Positions 62,611 to 64,000 of a DNA stretch of 64,000 bases are shown piece by piece (position 1 is the stretch's first letter; each line of letters starts with the position of its first letter). The position numbers and the translations under genes are program-made. A model generated the notes under the pieces. It made no database searches, was not told where the DNA came from, and was given only the letters and a program-made list of their open reading frames with translations. The stretch covers positions 4,898,001 through 4,962,000 of the forward strand of contig NC_134468.1 in NCBI RefSeq assembly GCF_964194025.1, read 5' to 3'. This stretch comes from Convolutriloba macropyga. Lineage: Eukaryota.

Positions 62611-64000
62611 TGTAATTAGCTGAACCATTCATATTGCACAAAATGTCTGTCAAGCCAAACGGACTTTTTGCCATCCAGCAGGACGGGAACTATCCCGTTC
62701 TGAGAACTATATATAGAAAAGAAAGCATCACAACTTTGAGGAATTAAGAACTAACAACTCAGAGAAACTGAGAATCTAATATCTCCAAATTGAGAAAAGT
62801 AATCTCAAAACAAAAGTAATTCGAATCGGAATTGCCAAACTCCTTCTCAACTATATCGAATAACGAATAGTTAGAGATATCTTCAAGTCAGGACTTTATT
62901 CAAAAGAGAATAATAAGTTACTGATAAGTTAATAACGTTTTTACAAATATTCCGACCCTTTCCCTTTTTACAAGTTAGATTTAATAACTCTAAGTGCAAC
63001 TCTTATAATTATACCATTAGTGCTGTAAATTATCTATGTTAAACTTTTACAAATCATATACAAATCTTATAACTAGAATAATTAGTCAAATTTACATATT
63101 TAAATCCTTAAGTAATTTCATGAGACTTATCAGGCTTAGAAAGATAGCGTATACTAGGAGTAAGACCATCGAGTCAGAAGTTTAAGTTTGAACCTTCGCA
63201 CCCCCCTACCCTCTAGTATAAACTGGTGCGACCAGTGAGGCACGCATAAATATTCTATCTTCTAAGTACTGTATTCAGTTTTAAAATATAAACCAAGTTA
63301 ATGGCCTCAGGCGGAGGAACTGGAAGTTGCACCGGTACTGGTGGCACTGGTACTGGAACAACCGGTACCGCTACATTAGTAAGAACACTTACTGATACAC
63401 CTCTCTCCCATCCGAATATGTCACTTGTTACATTCTCGGGAAATGACCCCAGACAAAACGCGAATGAATTTTGGAGTTCTGTAGAACAAAAAATAAACTT
63501 CTCTTTGGGCACAACGTTACCTACAGATGCTGCCGCTTTAACAAATCACCACAATAGACGCAAAGCGCTATTTGGATCTTTACTAACAGAAACCGCATTA
63601 GAGTGGTTCAATACTATTGACCCCACAAGAACCCTGGATCAAATAAAAGGAGATTTCATAACCCGGTTCACAGATAGTCGTGACCAATTCAAATATCGAC
63701 TTGAAGTTGAAGGTGCCACCAGGCACGAAGGGGAACTAATTAAAAATTATTTCCACCGAATTAAGCATGCTGTTGATAGAGGATGGCCTGAAGAAATACC
63801 CGCACGATTAGCTGATCCTGGCCAAATTGCCACTGAACGAACAATACAGCAGAGACAAAGAGAGCAAAAATACATTGACTTTGCTATCAGAGGTCTACAG
63901 CCCCCATCTCTAAAGCGCAAGGCGTATGAATATAGGATAGAAAATCCGGATAAAACTTGGGACGAAATACAAAATCATTTAATAACAAAGGACTTAACAT
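62611..64000 (+). mobile_element. 5' end of a second Ty3/Gypsy-like element (putative LTR to about 63220, PBS-like TGGTGCGACCAG at 63224, gag)
   Basis: PBS-like motif 77 nt upstream of an ATG-initiated ORF. The LTR start is uncertain because no partner LTR is in the window. Confidence 0.65.
63301..64000 (+). CDS. gag: Gypsy-type Gag, open to the window end
   Basis: MASGGGTG..TFSGNDPRQNANEFWSSVEQKI..RRKALFGSLLTETALEWF..IKGDFITRF..GELIKNYFHRIK..RG: retrotransposon capsid pattern, no stop in 233 codons. Confidence 0.8.
   Translation, partial: MASGGGTGSCTGTGGTGTGTTGTATLVRTLTDTPLSHPNMSLVTFSGNDPRQNANEFWSSVEQKINFSLGTTLPTDAAALTNHHNRRKALFGSLLTETALEWFNTIDPTRTLDQIKGDFITRFTDSRDQFKYRLEVEGATRHEGELIKNYFHRIKHAVDRGWPEEIPARLADPGQIATERTIQQRQREQKYIDFAIRGLQPPSLKRKAYEYRIENPDKTWDEIQNHLITKDLT

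Overview
AT-rich, repeat-dense eukaryotic (invertebrate animal) genomic DNA with three assembly gaps (about 7223-7422, 35845-35867, 56478-56675). All recognisable host genes are on the minus strand: RPL39, an unassigned intronless 376-aa ORF, a two-exon SVIP-like gene, IMP3, and the last two exons of a probable Cys-loop ligand-gated ion channel. The centrepiece is a full-length but decayed 9.75-kb Ty3/Gypsy provirus (37128-46876) with LTRs, PBS, PPT and a 4-bp TSD. After gag-pol it carries a chuvirus-type envelope-glycoprotein-like ORF, and then a fourth ORF made of a coiled coil plus an HPD-containing J-domain (Hsp40 co-chaperone domain). The provirus is nested in a CRE-type RLE non-LTR retrotransposon that is flanked by a 61-62-bp direct repeat and lies in tandem with a second, divergent CRE-type copy, which suggests site-specific targeting. 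Other elements: a Penelope-like element with a PHD-finger-like insert inside its RT and a probable minimal hammerhead ribozyme, CR1/L2 LINE remnants, a BEL/Pao integrase remnant, the 5' end of a second Gypsy element, Merlin-like MITEs with 8-bp TSDs and Helentron-associated (HINE-like) repeats. All family assignments come from reading motifs by eye; no database searches were run.
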